Shown: positions 25,869 through 39,793 of the stretch, piece after piece | Numbering within the stretch: the stretch's first letter is position 1 | Layout: the number at the start of each line of letters is the position of its first letter | The notes under the pieces: model-generated | Told to the model about the DNA's origin: nothing | What the model saw: only the letters and a program-made list of their open reading frames with translations | Database searches by the model: none | Source: Basidioascus undulatus | Taxonomy: Eukaryota | Reading direction: 5' to 3' | Length of the DNA stretch: 60,574 nucleotides | Assembly (NCBI GenBank): GCA_000826855.1 | Contig: JTLS01000006.1 | Span: forward strand, 1-60,574 | Made by a program: the position numbers and the translations under genes

Positions 25869-27429
25869 CTACTGGTCCATGTCTGAAGAAAACGGTGATC
25901 AGCATTCCGGCAGTCTGAGATGAGTAATGAACAGTCGAATGAACAGTCGACGTACGGTCCATGAAGTTGCGGTAGTGGTACTTCTTGCCAATGTCGGATA
26001 TCTCCTTGATCTCGGTCGCCTCGAGGTTGGGCAGCTCCGCCACCCTCAAGTACTCCTCCAGACGCTCCTGCTTGGAGCTCGTACTGTTGCGCGCTTCTCA
26101 ATCTCGGACGGTTGCAAGGTACTGAGAAAGGAGATATGACGAACGTGACCACTACGATGTTCTGCGAGCGCACCCAATTGAGAAGCGCCTGGCCCTCTGG
26201 GGAGGTGGCATACGAGGGTAAGCAAACGAATCAACAAACTAAGACACAGCTGCGTGGAGACAAAAAGGAGGCTTTACCAGTGCCGCCGTACTTCTTCGCA
26301 ATCTTCTTGACAGCCTCGTCAAGTTCCGGCTCAGACTTGCGAATCAGGGGGCTCAGAGGGCCGTAGGCCTGTATAAAATCAAGCAGTGTTAACGTGCTGA
26401 AGCTGAAGGCTGAGCAGGCAGAATTTGAAGCGCACCTCAAGGATGATACCGTGCTTCCCTGCCAACTTTTGGATGCCCTCAGCCTTGTCAAGTACGAAAG
26501 CGTGGTATTCAATCTACGGAGACAGAATAATCAGAATAGGCATTTCCGAAGCGGACGAGAACGGGAGGATTTACGCACCTGGTTCACGGCTGGCTTGACC
26601 TTGGCCGTCTTCAGAAGCTCCTCCAAGTCCTTGACGCGGTAGTTGGACACGCCGATCGACCTGCGATGCGGCCAGAGTCAGTTTATTTGCCTAGTTCAAT
26701 TCGATCATTGAAGTAAACGCACTTGACATGGCCTTGCGCCTGACAGGCAAGGAAGTGCACAACAGCCACATGGGGTCGTCACTGGCGCTTGACGCACCTG
26801 CAGCTCCTCCAGAATCTTCCAAGACCCAGCAATGCCGCCCTGGTCCTTGACGAGCTCAGGACTGTGGATGAGGTACAGGTCGACCCAATCCAGGCCAAGC
26901 TGTTGGAGCGGATCCACGTCAGTCAACGAAGACGCTGCAGTGACTGAGGTACTTATACTTTTTTCAGGCTCGTGTTGAAGCTCTCCTTGATGTCACCGCC
27001 TCCGTACTTCGTCGTCTGTTAACACAATGCGATTGCGTGAGCAGAGCACGTTCGAGCGTGTATTGTAAGAGCGCGACGTACAACGTAGAGCTGGTCGCGA
27101 GGGATGCCGCTCTCCTTGATAGCAGCACCGACGGACTCCTCGTTCGCGTACTGTTCGTCCCAGAAGTTCAGCTACCATTCCAAGTGTAGATTCCGCGAGA
27201 CGAACCATCTGAGCCGCGTCGATGTGGCGAAAGCCAGTCTTGAGAGCGAGGAGGACCTGGTCCTTCGCGTCCTTGGAGTAGAGCGCCGTGCCCGTACCGA
27301 AGGCTCTGGACAACAGGACCACCTCGCATAAGCAAGCCCGTAAGAGGCGTGTTCGAGGAACTGCACGAACGGCGAAGGGATCTGAGTCCCGTTGTTGAGC
27401 TTGATGGGCGCGTAAGTGGAGTGGACCAT
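25869..27429 (-). CDS. Aldo-keto reductase (YDL124W / conjugated polyketone reductase-like), multi-exon
   Basis: MVHSTYAPIKLNNGTQIPSP-AFGTGTALY, GFRHIDAAQMY, TKYGG, WVDLYLIHSP, SIGVSNY, KPAVNQ, AYGPLSP, QALLNWVRSQNIVVVT, RLEEYL. Catalytic D/Y/K/H present. Confidence 0.92.
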
Positions 27430-27638
27430 GGTGCGATGGATGGTTAGAGCGGGGTATGTGAAGGGTATGCGAGATCTATGAGCGGTATGAGATAGGAGAT
27501 GCTTTGTTGCAGGTAGAGGGGAGAGTCGGATGGCAAGCATGGTCCTGGGGGCGACTCGTGGAGCTTCGTTACGTCAAGAGTGCGGCGATTATGTGGAAGG
27601 CCCGAAGGTGGAGGGTCCTAAATACCTAGTACTATTGT

Positions 27639-27654
27639 TCGGACGTAAGTCCGA
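27639..27654. promoter_or_regulatory. Inverted repeat TCGGAC-N4-GTCCGA (CGG-N8-CCG), candidate Zn2Cys6 site upstream of the AKR gene
   Basis: Perfect 6-bp arms about 210 nt upstream of the AKR ATG. A TTACGTCA CRE-like site lies at about 27569. Confidence 0.25.
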
Positions 27655-30600
27655 TAACATCGACATGTGGTCCTTCAGATTCATATTTTCTGATGTTGCA
27701 GGTGAGAAGAGAACAGTCAGTAGCAAAGCAGTACCAGCTTCGTTTGATTGTCGGACTGCAGTATCAGCAATGAGTGAGTCTGGATCTTCGTGGCCAGTTG
27801 TGCCTGATTGCGCCGACCGCCATGGCCTTCGAGATGAAATGCCTACGATGAGGGGCAATGAGGTCGAGCTACTAATATTCCGAAGTTTTGGAACTATGGC
27901 AACGTACACCTCGGCAGCAAGGGCGGTGGAGCTGCGTAGTGCAGCGGGCCATGAAAGGCGTTGCTCTAGTTAAAGTGTTTGGCCTGCTTTCCAGCCATGG
28001 CACGCGCGAAATGGATAAACATGCACCGGAATATGTCCATTTATGCGAGATGCCCCAATAGTGACCGACACTTCAAAGCCCACGGTACGAATGAGGGCGT
28101 TGCAGGAGCTGTCGGGCGGGATTGCGCTGGCACTGCCCACCTCCATATGTCGATCGAAAGTTGCCAGTCTGGTCTGAAGGGTAGAATATACTGGAAATGA
28201 GATTATTTCAGGAATTCAAAAGACTGTTTGGATGAAGTTGAAGGGCTGCCTTCCCGCCCAACGCTCCGGTGCAACAACGTGCGCCCTCTTGTCCTGGGTT
28301 TGAATCCCGTATTGGTGCACCTTCCGTCGATGCATGAGATGGCGACTCCAATGCCACCCCCATTGGTCTGACTTTCGAGCAGAATCTGCATCTCTCACTG
28401 ATAAGGGCCTGGAATGTGGCTGCACAGTGAAACAACGTTGAGCCTCCCAGCGCCTGCAGCCATTGAGTGTTGCCAGCCATGTGCAAGACTGGACAGCATC
28501 AGTGATTGTTGAGTTCCCAGGACGCAGCTCCTCGGCATGGTTACTGTTGTTCAACAAAGCACGGTCCTACGTTGTGAATTCTGCAGAAGACCGGCGTTGC
28601 TCGATCATGTGCAGGTCGCTGCTGTGGCCTGTCCCGCACAGACTTCCATATCCGATTCCCGAAGACAAAAAAAAAGAGAGGCTCTTCCATGCACAACTGT
28701 GTGTAACTTCGGCACATACAGAGGAGAGCGTTCGCGTTACCGATTGACCATCGACGTCGACTGCTTCCGGCATCCCCTCGCGCAACTCCTTTCAACTTTG
28801 CACAGCGCAGTCTGTACTCACGGCCGCACACCTTGTGTCCTCGAGGAACGGCTGAACGTTGTCCTGACCAATGACGAAGGACTCCAATGCCAAAGCACGT
28901 TTGGCAGCGATGAAATGGGAGATCCTGCTCTCGGGTTACGCAGAATGATGGGCTGCGCAGTGGTGCGGGCCTCGGCCTGCCTGCCACGGCAAGCTGATGG
29001 AGCAAGCGGACGAGCTGCCAGCAGTCGCAGACGTCGGCAGCTTAAGGGGAGTCGTTCTCGATGCATGTAGGTAGCCTTTTTCACAGAGGCTTTGCCGTTG
29101 CAGTGAAGTTTTGTACGACAAACACAGAAAGGAAAGAAGTCCTCGAGGCGACTCGGCGACTCGAAAGCCTTGGATGAGGGGCACCACTCACTACTGATCT
29201 GCAACGGCGATCATGTCCGTGCGCTAGTGAGCGTCCTGTTCGGCCCGGTCTGAACCTCAGAAGGCGATGCACGTCTTCGTCCTGGTTCGTGTGCACTGAT
29301 CACAGAGACCTTTCAGATGGTCGTCGTCGGCTCTGAAGTCCATGTAAACTGGAAAAGAAAAAGTAGGATATAAGAAGAAGAAGAAGCAGCCGAAACGGGA
29401 AACGGCGCTTCGGACGAGGCTTCGCAAAAAGCGCCTCGTGGCAGGAAGCTGTGACCGAAAATCTGCTTCCGTTTGTAGAGGTGTGCTTGCAGAGATTTGT
29501 ATTGGGTCCTCCGCTTGCTATAGTCAGCAGCACTTGCCAAGTTGCGTCAAGCGCAGGAGAGGCCTGTGCTGGTTCCTTGCCCTCCGCCCTCCACCTTCTC
29601 CGAACCCCTCGTCCTCCTCATACTGCACGGCCAGCTACGACCCAGCAACGATTGTTCGCGACACTCCGACGGACGCGTGCCAGTCGCGCAAGCGAGTAGA
29701 CCGGGAAAAGGGTTCAACACTGCTCGCTCTTGCTCGCTCTGCCCCTGGCCTGCCCTGGTGCGTTTCACCCTCGCAGCTTCCCTGGCCTCCTCCTTCTCGA
29801 CCCAAGCCCCGCACGGCGCTGACCCCCGGCCTGCCCACCGCTGCACCTCTTGACCCTCTGACCCGATATTCTGTGTCTGGCTACACACCCGCCCTCCTGC
29901 ACCATCATTCTCCTTGCGACCCGGTCACCGCCCGCCGTTTCAGCCCTGTAACTCGCAAGCAGCCCTCGGAGCCTTTGCACGCTCTCGACTGCACCTCGAG
30001 CACCGCAGGCTTCGACCGCACGCCCCTCGAGCTTCCGCCGCCGCTCACGCCCTCACTGATCAGCACGGCACAACACTTTCCTCCACCGTCCCCCGGCCCA
30101 TCCCTATCACTCACACTCGCTCCCCCTCTCGGCCTCGCCTAACGCGACGATATCCGCCCGCTCTCGCACCTGATACCTGATACCTCTCCGCGACCGCTCC
30201 TTCGTCTCTCTTTCGTGTGCCCATCGCATTCCATTCCAAAAGGGTCCTCGCTGGTCTTGGCCCATCCCAGCTGCACGGGTTTCTCTCGACACCAGGTGAG
30301 CCAGTTTCTCGGTCGCTGCGAAGGGTCGTCGTGGGCAACTCTCGCTAGTCGGGCTTGCGGGACGCGGGGGTTCGTGCGCCTCTTTCCTTGTGCTATCACC
30401 GAGTGCACGGGCTCAGGGCACGCTGCCTTACCTGGTCTACGACGGTCATGCCTTGCGCCGTTGAGAGGGAGTATTACGTTGCTCAGGGGTTGCGTTTCGG
30501 CAGTCGTCCTCAATGAGGACTCGTCTCTGATTTACATATCTCCGCAACTCACTCCCGCACCCGTTAATGAATCCGTCTGCCGTGCAATGCGCTCATCACT

Positions 30601-30733
30601 CTTCACCTTTGCACCCTTAGACAGCTGCGCTCAAGCCCCCCGACGCTGCGAGCTCGACGTCCCCGCACCTGTCCGGCAGCGCCCGACTCCTCCCTCGCCG
30701 TCGTCTCCGGACGCACCGCACTGCTCCGCCAAG

Positions 30734-33700
30734 CTGGAGTCTTTTGATCAGCCTTCGTCTGGCGACTGCTACCCCCTGCCGGCCGGGGCGGCGCATTCTC
30801 CTTCGCACTCGCACCCTTACCCACCTCTGCATTCTCTTCCACCCTCCCCGCCCACATACCTGCCTCTCTCGCCCGATAGAACCTCAACTTCCTCCGGCGC
30901 TCCGTTTTCTACCCCTCCTACAACCTACTACTCCGACCAGTCGTATCCCTATTACCCGACGCCGCCGCACGAGTCTGCAGCGCAACACCCGCAGCAGCAC
31001 ATCGACGACGTCTTCTCCTACGAATCCGCCAACATAGACGACCAATCTTCCTTCGACCCAGGGCCTGCGCCGTCAGGCGGCGCAGACCAGGCTCCCGCCG
31101 GCGGGCGCAGCCGCTCCGACTCGTACTCGCTCTCCTACGACCCTTCCGCACCTCCCTCCGCCTCCATCGGCCCTCTCGACTCGCCCGCATACCCTCCTCT
31201 CCAACAAGAAGCGCTCGCGCAGGCCTTAGGGCTGCAGCAGTCCAACCCCGCGAGCCCCGCCTCCCCCGTCAACTTCTCCGCCGTAGAGTCGCCCGCGTTC
31301 TCGCGCCGGACGTCCGCCGCGTCCCAGTTCTTCGGCAGCGTCGCTGGCGATGCGCCCACGCCTGCCTCGACGCACGGCTTCGGGCGGCCGCCGAGCGTCC
31401 CCGCCCTCGACGGGCAGTCCGTTGCAGAGTACGGCCAGTCGGCGTCCGAGGTCGTCTCGCCGTCGACGTCGGCCGCTCTCGCGCTGTCCCTTGCGCCTAG
31501 TCCCGTCATCGAGCAGCCGGGATACTTCCCGACTCAACAACAAGCACAGCCCCGGCGGCATTCACAGCCGGAAGCGGCGGACCAGGACGGCCGGCCAAGC
31601 GGCGTCTCCACCCCGACGGGCAACTCGGCGGACATTGCTGGTCGTGTCAGCCAGATCCTCGAAGGGTGCGATTCTTCACAGCGATCTTCTCGAAATCTCC
31701 AAGCCGTTTCACTGACGCCGTTGCTCCTTCAGCATGGTATACAACGCCCACTCCGCTCGCGACGCCTTCCTCCACGGACGCGACGCCGATGCGCACGCGC
31801 GCCTCGGCGACCTCAGCAAGGGCCTCGAGCTGGTCGGCGACCTCGCCGGACTGGGTCCTGCGACCGCGCCAAGCGGAGGAAGCAGCGCGAACCCGAACAC
31901 GCCCACGGTGGGGCCGTCGCAGCCTCCGCAGGCAGTCGAGATGTCTGGCCCGCCAAGCCTGTCAAGCGGCGGCGTCGAGAGCAGCCCGTCGGACACGTCC
32001 TCGAACCCGATGAAGCGCTCCGCACCTCCTTCGCCCGTGTTCGACTCGCATCCGCTCCCTCCGGCCAAGCTCTCGCGGCTGTCCGAGCCCGCCGAGTCGC
32101 CGCCGCGCCAGCCGCCGCTCCTGCAACACTCGCATTCGACTCCAATCGTGACGCGCTTGACGGCGCAGGTTCCAACCTCCGCTCAATCGGCGGTACCGCT
32201 GCCTGCCGCCCACGCTATCCCGCCTCCCGGGTTCGTCCCCGGCTTCCCCGCGCCCCCCGCGTCGGCCCCGCCCTTCAGCCACGTCCCGTACCAGCCTTCA
32301 CCGCTCGCGATCTCCTCCACACCCGTCAGTCCGGTAATCGCGCCCCAGATGCAATCACAGGCCGTCCCGAACGAGCAGCCCCTCCCGGCCGGACAGCCCG
32401 GCGCGCCATCGGCGGCGGCGGTACCAGCGTGGCCGCCTCCGGCTCTGGCTCCGTACGCGCGGAGCGGACTCGATCTCGGCGTCGGGATGAGCCAGACCGC
32501 GTTCCCCGGCGCGAACGTTGCGCACGGCGGCCTCGCGGGCGTGCCCATCGCCGACACGCGCAAGACGCGGTCCGCGAGTCTGTCGCACGCTCTCCAGCGC
32601 CCGGGTCCGTTCCCGCCCTTCGTCGACGACCCGCTCCGCCGCATGTCGCGCACGCCGAGCGTCGGGTCCGCCCCGCTCACGGCGGACTACGCTGCTACCC
32701 CAAGTCCCATGCCGGGCTTCGTCATGGAGGGTGCGACGTCGACTCCGCCACCCAAGATGCCCGTCACGCGCCGCCGCGCGCAGACGTTCTCTCACGAGGT
32801 GCCCAAGGGCGACTTTGCCATCGGCTCGTCGTCCAACCCTCCACCCGGCTTCGTTTCTGAGCAGTTGCCGACGGGTCCGCCGTTCGAGCCTGCGCTCAAG
32901 GCCAAGCTCGACAAGCTCTTCCTCGCGTTCCTCAACCGCATCTGCTCCGATCGTATGTTATCGCCGGTCCCTCACTTTCATCCGCGAACGAAGATTCTAA
33001 TCTTGTCTGCTTTGGCTCTGCAGTCGAGGCGACCGATTCGAAGGGCGAGCCGATTCATCAGACGCTCATGGCCAAGAAGATGCAGCGCCTGGACGAGTCG
33101 ACCGACTTCCGGCCGTTCAAGTTCCGGATCCAGGCGTTCACCATGGCTTACTACGAAGATGTGCGTTGCTTGTGTCGACCTTTGTAAAGTTCCCTGTGTG
33201 TTGACAACATCCGGGTGTTCCCACAGCTGCAACGGCAAGGCCTCGGCGACGACATCATGCCCGTCAAGCGCGTCAAGCAGTATCTCTGGACCTCGCCGTA
33301 CATCGCGCGCTTCAACGAGGACGGCAAGAAGGCCAAGTCCAAGGGCAACCACATCTGGAACATCTCGGCACGGAAAAAGCCAGATGGCGGCTGGGAGTTC
33401 ATGGAGTTTGTGCGTCCTCCCCTTAGGTTGCCTGTGGGTTTGATCGAGGCTTACCTGGTTGTCGTGGTTGTCTTAGACGCGCAAAATCTCTGGGCAGCCG
33501 CCGTCGGTCGCGTACGTCGGCCTCCGCTGGACATGGACGCCCCGCCTGTGGGACCCGCAGAGCTCCGTCGCGAACGTGAAAGCGCACTTCTCGTCCCCGG
33601 CGCTGCCGTACTGGCTCGGCTGGGACCACGAGAACAACACGCTGTCGGGCGTGCCGGACGCGAGTGCGAGGAGTACGGAGATCGTGGTCGAGGCGAGGGT

Positions 33701-34316
33701 ACCGTCAGCTTCCCTTACGGCAGGTCTTCCTATACTTACGTGACGCGCTCCACAGTACTCCCACAACGGCACCGACCACCATCTGCGCACGTCCTTCATT
33801 CTCAACATCGCCCCCTCCAGCGTCGGTTCCAGCTCCCGTCCGTCCATGGTCGGCTACAGCGCAGCGGTGCCCGGCATGCAGCTGCCATCCGCCCAGCCGC
33901 CGCCGCAGCTGCCTCCGAGCGCCTACGCCAACGCCGAGACCGTTCCTCCCCCGGGGCACATCCCTCCCACCGTCACATACCCGCCGCCGCTGCCGTCCGC
34001 GACGCCGTACACCACCGAGCAAGCCCGGGCGCAGTTCCAGCAGCTGCACCTCGCGCCCGCGCAAGTCGCTGCTCCGCCGACGTCTCTGCTGCAGGAGGCG
34101 CCGCTGCCTGCGCCCGTGGGCCTTGGCGCCCCTTCTCTCGCGATGCAGCAGGCGGGCGTCGGCCCTTCCTTTTCCGGCACGTCACTGCCCTCGCTCGACA
34201 CCGCCGCTTCCGCGATGTCCCCGGCGCCCGCAGCGGCAGAAAGCCAGGGCGGATCGACGGACTCTATGGTCAACGCCCTGATGCAGAACGCGGCGCCGCC
34301 TGCGCCGGCGCCATGA
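30734..34316 (+). CDS. Uncharacterised fungal protein: long Ser/Pro-rich N-terminus, ordered core (..KSKGNHIW..) and C-terminal Ig-like/He_PIG-type domain; start uncertain (CTG 30734, ATG 30587 or ATG 31734)
   Basis: The open frame 30621-31665 splices in frame (intron 31666-31732) to MVYNAHS... Core reads LDKLFLAFLNRICSDLEATDSKGEPIHQTLMAKKMQRLDESTDFRPFKFRIQAFT..YLWTSPYIARFNEDGKKAKSKGNHIWNISARK..AYVGLRWTWTPRLWDPQ..SSPALPYWLGWDHENNTLSGVP. TGA at 34314-34316. Confidence 0.8.
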
Positions 34317-34741
34317 TCGTTGTCCAAGAACGCTTTCCTTCTTCTGATCTCGCCTCATCGTCTCTTCACGCACATTGCACACTCTTTTGGTTTCTCACCT
34401 CGCACATTTGCTATCGCAGTCGTCCTTGAAATCTGCATTATCGACTTCACACAATTGGGCCTTCTGCAGTCGTTTCGCATCACCCTGTACCTTTAGCCTT
34501 GTCGCTCCTTGCTGTGCACTTTTCCCACTTCTCCCGTTTCTTTTTGTCGCAGTTCCTCCTGGCCACGTCGCGCTGGCCGCCTCACTCGCTTCACTTTCTT
34601 AACGCTCGCGGACGCTCTTTTCGTCTCCCTTCTTCACCTTGTTCGACCTTCGCGTCTTTGTACAACAGTGAAACAGCTGCCTTGAGGCGCTGAAAGTAGA
34701 GAATACACGCTTGCCAGAACGTTCCTGGTCAAATGTACCGT

Positions 34742-37132
34742 CTACTTCAATATAAGCCGTACATTCCCGAGCTGTCCTGGCGCACTCGCTGCTCCCGCAA
34801 AGTCCTTCACGCCGCCGACAACAGCCAAGATACGCTCAAGATCCGACCAGCCACGCGCGTACTTGACGCAGAGCTCATCATCGTGATGCGTGCCATCGAG
34901 CATAGCGAGCAAGCTGGGCGGATAGCCGAGCTGCACGGCGAGCGGTGGTCCACGGCCAGTTTGCCCGCTGTCAGTCCGGGCGCGATGGCGAGCAGCCGGG
35001 GCGATATCGAGCGGCGGCAGGGAAGTGTGGAGCGCCTTCGGAGACTGCCCAGGTGCACTCCGCTGAAGGAGCTGCTGCTGCTGCTGGAACGAAGACGAGA
35101 GGAGCGATTTACGAGTGTCGAGCGGCGACCCTGACGCGGCGCCGACCGTGCGCGATAACGAGGAAGAGAAACCGCCGGTCGCGGTGTGGTCTGACCGCAT
35201 GGTGAAGCCAGAAGCGCTCGCGTGCCGATCCGACGAGCGGTTGGTGAATCCGGACGTATTGACGCCATCAGAGGGCGAGGAGCCGCCTCGAGTCGAGAAC
35301 GTTCGCCCGCGCTGCGGATCGTTCGGCCTCGCACCGGGGACGATCGTCGCTGCGGAGCGACGGCGGTCGAGAAGGATCGGCCAGCGGTGGACCCGGCGCA
35401 AGAAACCCTTGATGACGCCGAATGTGACGAACCGCCGCGCGTCGATGCCATGCACGGTGTCGGCGGAAGTAGACACTAGCCAGTCGTGCACGGTCGTGTT
35501 CGGTACGACGAGTTTGGCGTAGAGCTGGAGGAGGATGGGGAAGGCAGGTAGAGGATAATCTAGAGGGTGTCTTTGCGTCAGCTGCGAATACAGTGCGAAG
35601 ATGACTGTAGCGGTTTACCCGTCCTCGTAACGTATAGAGCGCATTCTTCTTGAACCGACGGGTCGTCCACCAGATGTGCGACTGCGGGGTTCCAGGCGTA
35701 CAGGTTGGAGAAAGAGAAAATGTCGATCATGAGGATCGCTTGCTGTGGCAGGGCACGTCAGCACCGCGGCGACGGTCGATGGTCAGACAAGTCTGCTTAC
35801 ATAGTACCTGGAGGCCGGCGGGAAATTGAACAGACGTTCTAAGCGCGAGGGCATTACTTCACGTACAGTAGATGCTCCAGAGCGGAGCGTGTCAAAGCAG
35901 GATCGGCGTCCGCGAGTTCAGCTATTCGGCGGACATGGTTGATGCCATCGATGAACGGGATAACCTACTTAGCTGCGTCAGTTGCCCGGCATCTTTCAGC
36001 TGCAAGTTCAAGTCGGCTCACTTTTGATAGAGTCATGTCCCACGCGTCGTCCGTCAGTTTCTCGAGGTTAATGAGGCATATCGGTACCCTGCGACACCAC
36101 GAGAATCAGTATTCAGCGTCGCTGGAAAGGAACGGGAACTTACATCCAATCCTCGACCTGTGGCGGATTCGGAAGATGTGGAAATACCTTGAGGTTGAGT
36201 TGCGTATCCTTGATCGGTATCGAGACCCTACGTGGCCGTTAGTCATGAGAGGTGCGCGCCTATTGAGAGATGTACGTACTCGCCAAGGCTACTCAGGTCC
36301 TCGTACATTATCTCAAGAATCTCGGGTATCTGGGAAGCCGTCTCCGGAGAAGACAGGAAGGCCGTGCTCTCCTGTTACGGGCCGAACTGTATCAGTCTCG
36401 ACGGTATCACGGCTAGCGCGAGCGTAAGAGCCGGACCTCCAGCTCTTGTAGGACTCGTGCACATTTCCGTACGACAGGCTCGTAACAGCTTACGTCCGCT
36501 TGCGCCTCAAAGACGAAGCAGACGTTGTAGTAGAATGCATTGCGCTCGTAACGATCGTCGTTGATAACGACTGGGAAACCGATAATCTTGTATCGGCGGG
36601 CTGTGCATGTGACTAGGCGTCCGCAGAGCTCAATACGATAGAGCGTCAGCAGCGCAGAAGGAGGGAGGGCCCCGTGCCAAAGAAACACACCGCTCGTTGG
36701 GGAATGACATAGTCAGAGATGGAATCGAAGCTGAACAGGTGAGGGTTCTCTTCGGAAAGCGGCTCAACCTGACCGCTTTCCATGCTGGAGATGCGCGACA
36801 TCCGAGTGGGCGATACGCTGGACGTTCGCGAACCGCCCGACCCGCGGCCGGCGCGCTGCTGGTAATGATGAATGTGTCGCGGGTCGAACGAGAACACAGA
36901 CGAGGACGGGCTGAGGAGGCGCGGCGTCGGCGCCGACTTCGCGGCGATCGCGCCTTCCGGCACTTGGTGTACTATGCGCGAGCCTTGGGCCGCATCGAAT
37001 GTCGCGTAGAAGAGAGCGGCAATGCACGGAAGAAACGATTCGGATGAGTTGGGCGTGGCAGAGCCCACCCTGCGGAGGTTCGAGCGAGTGAGCTTCTCTC
37101 GAATGAGACTGATCGAAAGTGATGGCTAACAT
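34742..37132 (-). CDS. NPR2: Nitrogen permease regulator 2 (GATOR1/SEACIT subunit)
   Basis: IAALFYATFDAAQGSRIVHQVPEG, FDSISDYVIP, LCGRLVT, KIIGFPV, YERNAF.YN.CFVF, YEPVVRK.ARVL..LE, WDMTL, PFIDGINHV, IDIFSFSN.Y, IDARRFVTFGVIKGFLRRVH, LDGTHHDDELC. Confidence 0.93.
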
Positions 37133-37503
37133 GATGAGTAAATAGCCTTGTTAGTAGGAAGGGATGATGTAGATGATGGGAAGTGGAAGTGAAAGGGATC
37201 GCAGCGTTCCGCGACCAAGTCCCGTTCGACCCGGCCCTGAAGCAGGAGCCCATAGGCACGAGGACTTCGCCATTCTACTTTACTATTCCTCCTTCCTCTT
37301 CACTATCTTCCTACCAATCCTCCCTCTAACTATTCATTACAGTCTCAATTTGAACCCATCGTCGAGTCCATACCTCGATCATCATCTTCAATCAGAGGGC
37401 GTTCCTCTGCGTGCGGGCTGCCGAACCCGCGCACCCGCGTCCGTCTTCTCGCATGACTGCGCCTCAAACTTCGCATCTTACACTATTCCATTATTCAGGA
37501 GCA

Positions 37504-39793
<2,290 letters not shown>

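Noticed and set aside
27900..29340. Several 60-180 aa ORFs between the AKR and the uncharacterised gene
   Set aside because: No coding bias or motifs; interpreted as shared upstream regulatory sequence.
30215..32860. 881-aa ORF in the track as a single-exon gene
   Set aside because: It begins at GTG, spans a probable intron, and after 31665 runs in an Arg-rich shadow frame. The real frame shifts via intron 31666-31732.
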